A DNA stretch of 52,387 nucleotides from a virus (taxonomy: Duplodnaviria > Caudoviricetes), in the IMG/VR virus record IMGVR_UViG_3300021378_000034, positions 1 through 52,387 of that record; one strand, 5' to 3'. The position numbers were made by a program, and so were the translations under genes. Position 1 is the first letter of the stretch; each line of letters begins with the position of its first letter. The notes under the pieces are model-generated. The model was not told the DNA's origin and did not search any database. It saw only the letters and a program-made list of their open reading frames with translations. Positions 8,988-19,500 of this stretch are shown here, one piece after another.

Positions 8988-11411
8988 ATGGCTGAGTCAG
9001 TTATAAAAAGTTACTTCCCAAGCCAAACAGCTAGCGATGATGAAAAATTAGGATTGGATTACGGTCTTAATGTTGCTAGAGCTATCCAAAATGAGTGGTT
9101 TAAAAAAGATAGAGGATCAAATAGATTTTTTGTTAATCAAAACAATTATCACAAGTTAAGATTATATGCTAGGGGAGAACAAAGCATACAAAAATACAAA
9201 GACGAATTATCTATTAACGGTGATTTATCTTATTTAAATTTAGATTGGAAGCCAGTACCAATAATTCCAAAGTTTGTAGATATTGTAGTAAACGGTATTG
9301 CAGAAAGAACTTATGATATAAAAGCACATTCACAAGATCAGAATGGTGTTAACAAGAGGACACAGTATATGGAAGGCATCCTTGCCGACATGAGAACTAA
9401 AGAATTTGGTAACTACGTTCAAGAACAGTTTGGCCTTAACGTATTTAATAATGATCCTGCTACGCTACCGGATAATGAAGATGAATTGCAATTGCATATG
9501 CAGCTTAATTACAAGCAAGCAGTTGAAATAGCGGAAGAACAAGCAATACAAACTATACTCAATCAAAATCAATACGAATTAATAAAGAAAAGATTCTTTT
9601 ATGATTTAACTGTTTTAGGTATTGGCTGTGTTAAAACATTGTTTACACCATCAGAAGGCATTGTAGTTGATTATGTGGATCCTGCTAATATAGTTTATTC
9701 TTATACTGAATCACCTTATTTTGACGACATATATTATGTAGGTGAAGTTAAAACAATAACTATAAGTGAATTAAAGAAACAATTCCCTAATTTAACTAAC
9801 GAAGAGTTAAAAGCAATAACAGAGCAAGGTAATCAGGATTATAGTATTTACAATAAATACAACAGCCAACAACAAAATCAAGATAATAATTCAGTTCAAG
9901 TTATGTACTTTAATTATAAAACCTACATGAATGAGGTTTATAAAGTTAAAGAAGTATCAACAGGTGCTGAAAAAATTATTAAGAAAACAGATGCGTTTAA
10001 TCCTCCAATGGATAACAATTTAAGATTTGAAAGAATTGCTAAAAACATAGAGGTATTATACGAAGGTGTATTTGTTCCAGGTTCTAATAAATTATTAAAA
10101 TGGGAACTTGCGGATAACATGCTCCGTGAAAAGAGCGATGTTAATAAAGTTAAACTTAATTATTCTATTGTAGCGCCTAGAATGTATAATGGTAAAATTG
10201 AATCTTTAGTAAGTAGAGTTACAGGCTTTGCTGATATGATTCAATTAACACATTTAAAAATACAACAAGTATTATCAAGAATGGTTCCTGACGGTGTTTA
10301 TTTAGACGCTGATGGATTAGCTGAAATTGATTTAGGTAACGGTACAAACTACAATCCTCAAGAGGCATTGAATATGTTTTTCCAAACAGGATCGGTAATT
10401 GGTAGATCATTTACGTCTGAGGGCGATATGAACCCTGGTAAAATACCTATACAAGAAATAAGCAATAATGGCGGCGCTAATAAATTAGCCCAACTAATCA
10501 GTACATATAATTATTATATGCAAATGGTTAGAGACGCTACTGGTTTAAATGAAGCTAGAGACGGAAGCACACCTGATAAACACGCTTTAGTGGGTGTTCA
10601 AAAACTTGCTGCTGCAAATTCAAACACAGCAACAAGACACATATTGCAAAGTGGTTTATTTTTAACAGCTGAACTTGCAGAAAAAATATCATTAAGAATA
10701 TCAGACGTTATAGAATACTCGCCGACAAGAGATGCATTTATACAAAGTATTGGTGCTCATAATGTGGCTACATTGGAAGAAATGTCAGAATTACATTTAT
10801 ATGATTTTGGTATATACTTAGAATTAGCGCCAGACGAAGAAGAAAAACAATTACTTGAAAACAATATTCAAGTTGCAATTGCACAAAATAACATAGAGCT
10901 TGAAGATGCTATTGATATTAGAGAAATTAAAAATACTAAATTAGCAAATCAAGTACTTAAATTAAGAAGAAAGAAAAAGCTTGAAAGAGATCAGAAAGTA
11001 CAGCAGCAAAATATACAAGCTCAATCCCAAGCAAATGCACAAGCTCAACAAGTTGCTGCTCAAGCAGAAGTACAAAAACAACAGGCTTTAACACAAAGTC
11101 AAATACAATTAGCGCAAGCTAAATCACAATTTGAAATGCAAAGAATGCAAGGTGAAGTTGAAATGAAAAAACAACTTATGCAATTAGAATTTCAAATGAA
11201 TATGCAAATTCAGCAAATGCAAACACAGGCTAAGGACGCTGAAATGAATGCTAAAGAAGACAGAAAAGACGATCGAACAAAAATACAAGCTAGTCAACAA
11301 AGCGAGCTCATAGAGCAGCGAAACAGTAAAACACCCCCTAAAAAATTCGAATCCAGTGGAAACGATATATTAAGCGGTGATTTTGGCTTAGGTGCGTTTG
11401 AACCTAAGTAA
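8988..11411 (+). CDS. Portal protein
   Basis: 807 aa between TerL and scaffold/MCP, with a TGLNEARDG motif and a Q-rich C-terminal coiled coil typical of P22-like portal barrels. Confidence 0.88.
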   Translation: MAESVIKSYFPSQTASDDEKLGLDYGLNVARAIQNEWFKKDRGSNRFFVNQNNYHKLRLYARGEQSIQKYKDELSINGDLSYLNLDWKPVPIIPKFVDIVVNGIAERTYDIKAHSQDQNGVNKRTQYMEGILADMRTKEFGNYVQEQFGLNVFNNDPATLPDNEDELQLHMQLNYKQAVEIAEEQAIQTILNQNQYELIKKRFFYDLTVLGIGCVKTLFTPSEGIVVDYVDPANIVYSYTESPYFDDIYYVGEVKTITISELKKQFPNLTNEELKAITEQGNQDYSIYNKYNSQQQNQDNNSVQVMYFNYKTYMNEVYKVKEVSTGAEKIIKKTDAFNPPMDNNLRFERIAKNIEVLYEGVFVPGSNKLLKWELADNMLREKSDVNKVKLNYSIVAPRMYNGKIESLVSRVTGFADMIQLTHLKIQQVLSRMVPDGVYLDADGLAEIDLGNGTNYNPQEALNMFFQTGSVIGRSFTSEGDMNPGKIPIQEISNNGGANKLAQLISTYNYYMQMVRDATGLNEARDGSTPDKHALVGVQKLAAANSNTATRHILQSGLFLTAELAEKISLRISDVIEYSPTRDAFIQSIGAHNVATLEEMSELHLYDFGIYLELAPDEEEKQLLENNIQVAIAQNNIELEDAIDIREIKNTKLANQVLKLRRKKKLERDQKVQQQNIQAQSQANAQAQQVAAQAEVQKQQALTQSQIQLAQAKSQFEMQRMQGEVEMKKQLMQLEFQMNMQIQQMQTQAKDAEMNAKEDRKDDRTKIQASQQSELIEQRNSKTPPKKFESSGNDILSGDFGLGAFEPK

Positions 11412-11442
11412 TATATAATGTATAATCATATAATATTTTATC

Positions 11443-12633
11443 ATGGCAAAAGAAATGAAAGCTAAAGCCGTAGAGACCGAAGAGTTATCTACTGCTGAAA
11501 AAGAACAAAAAGTACAAGAAAACGCTGGCGTCAAAATTGAAGACGGTGTTTACAAGGTGGATTTATCAAAACCACCAACAACAGAAGTTGAACCAGAACC
11601 AGAAGCGGTTGTAGAAGAACCAGCGGAGGAGGTAAAAGAAGAACCGGTATTAGAAGAAAGCACTGAAGAACCAGAGCAAGAAACTGAAGAGGTTGAAGAA
11701 ACAGTATTAGAAGAAGTAACAGAAGAACCTGAAGCTGAGAAGCAGGAAGAAGAAATTGTTGAACCCGAGGTTAAAAAAGAGGAAACAATAGAAGAAGAAA
11801 AAATAGATTATCCAGAAAACATTACAGAGCTGGTTAAGTTTATGAATGAAACAGGTGGGTCTTTGGAAGATTACGTGAAATTAAATAAAGACTACACAGG
11901 TTATGAGGACATGTCTTTGCTACGAGAATATTACGAAAAGGCGAAACCACATTTAACATCTGATGAAATAAGTTTTTTAATTGAAGACAAATTTTCATTT
12001 GATGAAGAAATTGATGAACCTAAAGATATAAAAAGAAAAAAATTAGCATTTAAAGAAGAGGTTGCTGATGCAAAAAAGCAATTAGAAAGTCAAAAAGCTA
12101 ATTATTATAAAGAAATTAAAGCTGGATCTAAGCTAACGCAAGATCAGCAAAAAGCGGTAGACTTTTTTAACAGATATAATAAAGAGTCTGAAGAATCGCA
12201 AAAAATAACACAGCACCAAAGAGCTGTATTTAACAATAAGACTGACAGTCTTTTTAACAATCAATTCAAAGGTTTTGAATATAAGGTTGGTGACAAGAAG
12301 TACAGATTTAATGTTAAGAATGTGAATGAGATTAAAAAATCCCAAAGCGATATTTCAAATTTTACTAAGAAGTTCTTAAACAAAAATAATGAAATGAGCG
12401 ATGCAAGTGGTTATCATAAATCTTTATTTACAGCAATGAATGCTGACGCAATTGCAAATCATTTTTATGAACAAGGCAAGACTGATGCTATTAAAGAATC
12501 AGTTAAGTCTGCTAAGAATATCAATATGGATCCGAGGTCGGGCCATAAAAATATTGAACCTAGCGGAATAAAAGCGAGAGTAGTTGGCGGTCTAGATTCA
12601 AAAAACCTTAAATTAAAACTTAAAAATTATTAA
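11443..12633 (+). CDS. Capsid scaffolding protein
   Basis: Very acidic E/P-rich N-half and helical C-half; lies between portal and MCP. Confidence 0.7.
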   Translation: MAKEMKAKAVETEELSTAEKEQKVQENAGVKIEDGVYKVDLSKPPTTEVEPEPEAVVEEPAEEVKEEPVLEESTEEPEQETEEVEETVLEEVTEEPEAEKQEEEIVEPEVKKEETIEEEKIDYPENITELVKFMNETGGSLEDYVKLNKDYTGYEDMSLLREYYEKAKPHLTSDEISFLIEDKFSFDEEIDEPKDIKRKKLAFKEEVADAKKQLESQKANYYKEIKAGSKLTQDQQKAVDFFNRYNKESEESQKITQHQRAVFNNKTDSLFNNQFKGFEYKVGDKKYRFNVKNVNEIKKSQSDISNFTKKFLNKNNEMSDASGYHKSLFTAMNADAIANHFYEQGKTDAIKESVKSAKNINMDPRSGHKNIEPSGIKARVVGGLDSKNLKLKLKNY

Positions 12634-12636
12634 AAA

Positions 12637-14067
12637 ATGGCAACAAACGTTTCATTTGCTGGCCCAGCGGCTGGCAGTATAATTAGCCCAAGTGCACAAA
12701 AACAAACACTTGCATCTAATTATTTAAATTTCCACGGTTCAGGTGGAGCAAATTGGTCACAACAATATTTACCTGAATTGTACGAACAAGAAGTAGAAAG
12801 ATATGGAAATAGAACTATATCTTCTTTCTTAAGAATGGTAAGTGCAGAAATGCCTATGGCTTCTGATCAAGTTATTTGGTCTGAGCAAGGTAGATTACAC
12901 TTATCTTATAATGCACAAATCAACCCTGTTACAGGTGTGATTGACGCTATCACAGGTATTGACTCTGGAACTACAGAAGCACACGCAGTAAGAAAAGGTG
13001 CAACAGTAGTAGCAGTAGTTAACAATGTAGTATTTAAAGCATATGTATCAGCCGGTATTGAAGCTGCAACTGACACATTAACTATTAAACCTTATGGTGC
13101 TGCAAACGTAGATGATTTAGCTGGTATCGCAGCAACTGACGATCAGGTTATTAAATTCTTTGTTTATGGTTCTGAATATGGGAAAGGATCTGCAAGCATG
13201 ACTGATGCTGTTGAACCAACCTTCAAGTCTTTCACTAATAAGCCACTTATTATTAAAGATCACTATGAAGTTAATGGTTCTGACACAGCTCAGATCGGAT
13301 GGGTAGAAGTATCTGGAGAGTCTGGACAAAATGGATTCTTATGGTATTTAAAAGCAGAAGGTGATACAAGAGTAAGATATGAAGATTACTTAGAAATGGT
13401 AATGATTGAAGCAGAGAAAAAAGATGGTGGAGACGCTATCGTTCCTGATGGATCTGAAGGATTATTTTCAGCTATCTCTTCAAGAGGTATCGTAGCAAGT
13501 AATCAATTTGACTCAGCTACACCAGCTGCTGATAAACTTCCTGAATTTGACTTATTATTAAAAGAATTAGACAAACAAGGATCAATTGAAGAGAACATGT
13601 TATTCTTAGATAGAGATGCAAATCTTTACTTCGATGATATGCTAGCAGGATTAAACCCGAATATTTCAGGTGGTTTATCATTTGGAGTTTTTGAAAACTC
13701 TCAAGATATGGCACTTAATTTAGGTTTCTCTGGATTTAGAAGAGGTTCTTATGACTTCTACAAAACTGACTGGAAATATCTTAATGATAAATCTACAAGA
13801 GGTTTAATAGGAGGTATAAGCGGACTTTTAGTTCCAGCTGGTACATCTTCAGTGTATGACCAACAATTAGGTAAAAATGTTAGAAGACCTTTCTTACACG
13901 TAAGATATAGAGCTTCTGAGACTGATGACAGAAGAATGAAATCTTGGATTACTGGTTCAGTAGGCGGTGCGCAGACGACTGGTGATGACAAAATGGAAGT
14001 TCATTACTTATCAGAAAGATGTTTAGTAGCACAAGCAACGAATAATTTTGTGTTATTTAACTCTTAA
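12637..14067 (+). CDS. Major capsid protein
   Basis: 476 aa after the scaffold and followed by a strong hairpin; size and position are typical. Confidence 0.85.
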   Translation: MATNVSFAGPAAGSIISPSAQKQTLASNYLNFHGSGGANWSQQYLPELYEQEVERYGNRTISSFLRMVSAEMPMASDQVIWSEQGRLHLSYNAQINPVTGVIDAITGIDSGTTEAHAVRKGATVVAVVNNVVFKAYVSAGIEAATDTLTIKPYGAANVDDLAGIAATDDQVIKFFVYGSEYGKGSASMTDAVEPTFKSFTNKPLIIKDHYEVNGSDTAQIGWVEVSGESGQNGFLWYLKAEGDTRVRYEDYLEMVMIEAEKKDGGDAIVPDGSEGLFSAISSRGIVASNQFDSATPAADKLPEFDLLLKELDKQGSIEENMLFLDRDANLYFDDMLAGLNPNISGGLSFGVFENSQDMALNLGFSGFRRGSYDFYKTDWKYLNDKSTRGLIGGISGLLVPAGTSSVYDQQLGKNVRRPFLHVRYRASETDDRRMKSWITGSVGGAQTTGDDKMEVHYLSERCLVAQATNNFVLFNS

Positions 14068-14075
14068 TACTTAAC

Positions 14076-14116
14076 GTAATTTTTACCCTCGTTGTTCTGA
14101 CGGGGGTAATCATTAC
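14076..14116 (+). terminator. Hairpin after MCP (terminator or mRNA-stabilising stem)
   Basis: ttaccctcgt/acgggggtaa 10-bp stem extended by gtaat/attac; U-tract is weak. Confidence 0.6.
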
Positions 14117-14143
14117 TCTATTAATTTTTTATTATATTATATC

Positions 14144-14932
14144 ATGGCAAAACAAGAAAAAGTAGCGGTAGCAGAACCGCAAGTAAAAGAAGTATTAACT
14201 TCTAAAGCCCCTAAATGGGAAATAAAAGATAGAATTTATGAGCTTAACTCTCAGAAAACACCTATCGTATTCATATTAAAAAGCAGAGGAGTGCTTTGGT
14301 TTGACGAAAAACTAGGGTATGAAAGAGAGATTAAATACTGCGAAAATCAAAAAACAGTATTTTTAGATGAAATGAAAGGTCCAGAAAGATTAAGTCACAT
14401 TATATTTAGAGATGGAAGGCTTTTTGTACCAAAAGAAAAAGTAACTTTACAAAAGTTTCTTTCACAATATCACCCTGAAAATGGCACAACATTTTCGGAA
14501 TTTAATCCGGTTCAAATAGCGGAAGATGATATTAGCTATCTTGAAACTGAAATAGAAGCTTTAAATTTAGCTCAACAAATTGATATTGATCAAACAGAAG
14601 CAATACTTAGAACAGAGTTAGGAAATAAGGTATCTACCATGACTTCTAAGGAGCTTAAAAGAGATTTGTTATTATTTGCTAGGAGAAATCCAGAGTTATT
14701 CTTAGAATTAGTTAAGGATGAAAATATACAAATTAGAAATGTTGGAATAAAATCAGTTGAAATGGGTATTGTTAAACTTTCAAGTGATCAAAGAACATTT
14801 AAATGGGCATCGAATGACAGGAAACTTATAACAGTTCCATTTGACGAAAATCCATATTCAGCTTTAGCGTCGTACTTTAAAACCGATGAAGGTATTGAAG
14901 TGTATCAAACTATTGAAAAGAAATTAAAGTAA
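14144..14932 (+). CDS. Hypothetical phage protein (structural region)
   Basis: 262-aa intact ORF between MCP and the tail genes. Confidence 0.7.
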   Translation: MAKQEKVAVAEPQVKEVLTSKAPKWEIKDRIYELNSQKTPIVFILKSRGVLWFDEKLGYEREIKYCENQKTVFLDEMKGPERLSHIIFRDGRLFVPKEKVTLQKFLSQYHPENGTTFSEFNPVQIAEDDISYLETEIEALNLAQQIDIDQTEAILRTELGNKVSTMTSKELKRDLLLFARRNPELFLELVKDENIQIRNVGIKSVEMGIVKLSSDQRTFKWASNDRKLITVPFDENPYSALASYFKTDEGIEVYQTIEKKLK

Positions 14933-14935
14933 GCA

Positions 14936-14978
14936 ATTGTAGGTAAGGGCCTACTATTGTGGGCCTTTAACCTATAAT
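14936..14978 (+). terminator. Long intergenic hairpin
   Basis: attgtaggt-aagggcctac-tatt-gtgggccttt-a-acctataat forms about 19 bp including G:U pairs. Confidence 0.55.
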
Positions 14979-14987
14979 AAAAATAAA

Positions 14988-15680
14988 ATGAGTGTAAACA
15001 TAAATACTGTATACCAAGCAGTGTTAGCTGTGACTAACAAAGAACAACGAGGTTATATAACGCCTCAGGAATTTAATTATCTTGCAAATCAAGCTCAATT
15101 AGACATATTTGAGCAATATTTTTATGATATAAATCAATTCGGTAGACTTCCTGGCAACAGTACAGAATATTCTGATATGGTAGACATATTGAATGAAAAA
15201 ATAAGTTTATTTGAAAAAACTTCACAAGCCATAACTGGCGGAATAACTTTACCTAGCGATCTATATAGACTAGGCAGTGTTATATTTAATAACGCTGAAG
15301 CATCACAAGTTAAACAAAAAGATTGGATATATATAAAATCCACTCCTTTAAATCAACCAACAAACGATTTTCCTATTTTCATTAAAGATGAAAGTGGAGT
15401 TAAAATTTACGGCAAAGACGCAAGCGGCAATGTAGAACAAAAAACATCAGGTGTTACTTGCAACTACATAAAACAACCTGCAGTTGTATCTTGGGCTTAT
15501 AATTCTGTAACAGGAACTTACGATGCTAGCAATTCAATTAACTTCGAATTGCATCCCTCTGAAGAAACCGAGCTTATAATTAAAATATTAGGTTTAGCTG
15601 GTATAATACTTAAAGATAATTCTTTATATGGTATTGCTAGCGGCGAAGACGTAAAGAACACTCAACAAGAAAAATCATAA
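14988..15680 (+). CDS. Head-tail adaptor / tail ring protein
   Basis: NKEQRGYITPQEFN N-terminus and TLPSDLY motif; podovirus adaptor position. Confidence 0.65.
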   Translation: MSVNINTVYQAVLAVTNKEQRGYITPQEFNYLANQAQLDIFEQYFYDINQFGRLPGNSTEYSDMVDILNEKISLFEKTSQAITGGITLPSDLYRLGSVIFNNAEASQVKQKDWIYIKSTPLNQPTNDFPIFIKDESGVKIYGKDASGNVEQKTSGVTCNYIKQPAVVSWAYNSVTGTYDASNSINFELHPSEETELIIKILGLAGIILKDNSLYGIASGEDVKNTQQEKS

Positions 15681-15683
15681 TAA

Positions 15684-16550
15684 ATGGGGCTACTTAATCA
15701 AACACAACAACAATATCACGAAGGCGGAGATTTCGGAGGCTATCAATTTATAACGCTAAAAGACATTATAAACAACTTTATGTTGTCTTATGTTGGTGAA
15801 GATAAAATTATAGCTAAAATTAAAAGAACTAATGTAGCTTTCTATGCGCAAAGAGCATTGCAAGAGCTTAGCTACGATACCCTAAAATCTGAAAAATCTA
15901 GAGAAATAGACATACCACCTACATTAGTAATGGCGTTACCACAAGATTACGTGAATTATGTGAAAGTAAGTTGGGTTGATGTGAATGGTGCGGAGCATGT
16001 TTTAATTCCCGCATCACAAACAAGTAATCCAGAGGCTATTATACAGGATGACCAATACAACTTTACATTTGATTCGGATGGTAACTTATTAAAAGCGAAT
16101 GAATCTGAAACATGGAAAAAGTTTAAAGGCCAAAATACAGGATCTGATGCTGTTAATGATTTTTATTTAACAGAAACATTAGACGGTAAAAGATATGGAT
16201 CTAGCCCTGAAAATATGAATTCAAATGGATCTTTTTATATTGATCCTATAAAATCAAGAATACACTTTTCTGGCAACTTAACAGATAAAACTGTAACTTT
16301 AAAATACATAACAGATGGCTTAGCCACTGATGCTGAAATGAAAATACATAAACTAGCTGAAGAAGCAATGTATAAATGTATAGCATATTATATTTTAGAA
16401 ACTAAAATAAACACCCCCGAGTATCTAGTAATGAGATACAGAAAAGATAAATTTGCTTCAGTCAGAAAAGCAAAATTAAGGTTATCAAACATTAAACTTA
16501 GTGAACTCTCACAAGCTTTAAGAGGTAAATCCAAACAGATAAAACACTAG
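15684..16550 (+). CDS. Tail ring / tubular protein
   Basis: ALPQDYVNYVKV motif resembles the preceding ring protein; position. Confidence 0.6.
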   Translation: MGLLNQTQQQYHEGGDFGGYQFITLKDIINNFMLSYVGEDKIIAKIKRTNVAFYAQRALQELSYDTLKSEKSREIDIPPTLVMALPQDYVNYVKVSWVDVNGAEHVLIPASQTSNPEAIIQDDQYNFTFDSDGNLLKANESETWKKFKGQNTGSDAVNDFYLTETLDGKRYGSSPENMNSNGSFYIDPIKSRIHFSGNLTDKTVTLKYITDGLATDAEMKIHKLAEEAMYKCIAYYILETKINTPEYLVMRYRKDKFASVRKAKLRLSNIKLSELSQALRGKSKQIKH

Positions 16551-16553
16551 AAT

Positions 16554-19500
16554 ATGCCTGAAATTAAAAACGCTTTCCTCAAGGGCAAAATGAATAAAGA
16601 CCTTGATGAAAGATTAGTTCCTAATGGTGAATATAGAGATGCATTAAACGTGGACGTCGATTACTCAAGTAATAGTGACGTAGGCGCATTAAAAAACATT
16701 AAGGGTAATGCTATTATAGATTCTATAAATTTAGATTCAGCGGTATGTATTGGTAGTGTGGCGGACACGGAAAACAATAGAATATATTGGCTAATAACTT
16801 CCGCGTCTAAAGATATTATAGCAGAATATAACCAAGCCTCAGGATCAGTGTCAGCTGTTATTGTTGATACAGGGTCTGTATTAAACTTCAATAGTTCAAA
16901 TTTAATTACAGGTATAAATATATTAGACGGAACGTTATATTTTACTGATGATTTAAATGAGCCTAAGCAAATTGACGTAGCATACTGGAAAACACAAACT
17001 ACTGATTTTAATACAGGGACAACGGGTTTATCAGAAGAAAGAATTACAGTAATTAAAAAATCTCCTTTGCAAGCTCCTGCTTTAATTATGAGCAGCTCTA
17101 CAAAAGGCGGCGCAGGAACAATTGGAGGTAACGCTATAACTATTAATTTAGATTTATCTAAAACAAGTTCAGGTGCTATTCTTGAGGATTCTAGAGATTC
17201 TGGGTTTCTTATATCGGGTACTTTTTCAGCGGCCCCAAACTACGCTGCAGGAGAAATAATCGTATTAAAGCACGATTTTACAGAAACAGCATCTGGAAAT
17301 ATTATAAAAATTGAAGCAAGAATATTGTTGCCGGACAACTATACTTCTAGCGCAACAACTTTTTCAAATGCTGAAATTTTAACAATAAGTGAAACTGTAC
17401 CGGGTTCTACCGTACAATTCACAGCATTATTAGAGGAGGACGATCCTTTGTTTGAACTAAAATTTCCTTTATTTTCATACAGATACAAATACACAAACGG
17501 GCAATACAGTTGCCTTGCACCATTTTCAAAAGCAGCATTTTTGCCAGACCCAACTAAATTAGGCGATAATTTTGAATACGATTCAAAAAATGGTTATAAT
17601 TTAGCAATGACTAACAACGTAAGAAGTCTTACTGTTGCTAATTTAAATCATAATATAAGTTCAGATGTTACAGAAATTGATGTATTATATAAAGATTCTG
17701 TAAGTGCGAATGTATACATAGTAGAAACACTCAAGGGCGGTTCGTTGCCCACAACTTTTGAAATTAAAAATGAACAAATATTTAAAACAGTTGAGGCAAA
17801 TCAATTGTTAAGATTATTTGATAGTGTACCTAAAAAAGCAAAATCTCAAGAAATATCTGCTAATAGAATTATATATGCTAATTACACGCATCAATTTAAT
17901 TTACCAACTGCAAACCCTATTTTTAATATTAAAATAAAAAACAGATATAATTCAAGTAATACTCAATTATTATCTTTAAAGTCTAATAGAACTTATCAGA
18001 TTGGAGTAGTATATATGGACGCTTACGGCAGACAAACGCCGGTTCTTACAGATAAATCAGGAATCGTGAATGTTCCTTTTAGCCAAGCCAAAAACAATAC
18101 TCAATTTGAAATAAAACTAACTGGCAGTTTGCCAAGCGGTTTTACTAATTATAAATATTTTGTTAAAGAAATTTCCTCTACAACATACAATTTATGTGTT
18201 GATAGTTTTTATCAAGACGACGAAGGAGCGGTTTACATATCATTTCCTTCATCTGAAATAAACAAAGTTAAAGAAGATGACATTCTTTTATTAAAGAAAA
18301 AAGCAGGAAATAATATAAGTGAGGACGAAACTAAGTTTAAAGTATTAGATAAATTAACAACAGTTCCTAAGTTTTTAGCATATCCCTTAAGACCTGTTTA
18401 TACTCCTACGTACTTTCATTTTGGTAGACAATTTGATTTAGACAGCCCAGGATTTAACTTAGCCCCAACAACACAAGCCGAAAAAGACCTGTACAATGGG
18501 CAAACATCTTTGTCAAACACGTATGTGGGCGGTAGGGCTTGGTTTATGGAGCCGGGCGCAACACCTGTATCGAATCACAACACAGTTATTATAAGAAGCA
18601 TGCATAACATCGGTGATACCCAAATTGGTAATGCTGATGCTACTTATGGTAATAACGAAACTGGCGTTTCTAGTCAAGCAATGGATCAAATAATACCCGG
18701 TAAAAAGCTACGCTTTACCGCGGGTGACGCTAAAACAAAAGTTTATACTGTTGAAACAGTGCAATCTGGAACAAGTGGCCATGATGATGTAGAAGTGACA
18801 TTTGAGGAAGAATTTGGCGATGATGTTTTAGTGCTTTACGATAACAGTGAATATGCATCTGATCCTTTATATGACCCTTCTATAAAAACAGGTGTTAGTA
18901 TAGAGACTGTTGATTTTAAAGATGAATCTGGTAAAGCTGAATTTGACGGAAAGTTTTTTATAAAATTGCAAGCACAAAATAATTTATTAAATGAATTGGT
19001 TGATACTACTAATACGGATAATTTGCATGCTATTGGTACTATAAGTTTTGATGGTAAAGACGACGGAGGAGGAGCTAATCATCATAGACAACTACACACA
19101 AGATATGGCGGTAAAGCAGGTTATGACTCCTCAACAACATCCGGTCAAGCATTATCCCCATTTTTAGGAGGGTGGAATGACACATTTAATACGTTTTCTC
19201 CTCAACCAGTATTATCGGAGGGTTATCATTTTGCTTTAGAATCAGAAAAAGAATGGCAACACGGTCTTAGTAATTATGGCACAATTCCTTTTATTGAAGG
19301 GTTAAAAGAAGGTAATTATATAAGATTTAGCGGTTATAATCGTTTAAACTCTAGCGTAGGCAGATGGTTTGACCCAAAATATTATAAAATTGAAAAGATA
19401 TTTAAAAGCAATTGGACAGGAAGTCAAGCAGCTAAATTGTTTTTTATAAAGTTGACAGAGCCTTTAGATTACGATATAACTTTTAAAAGTGAATCAAGTG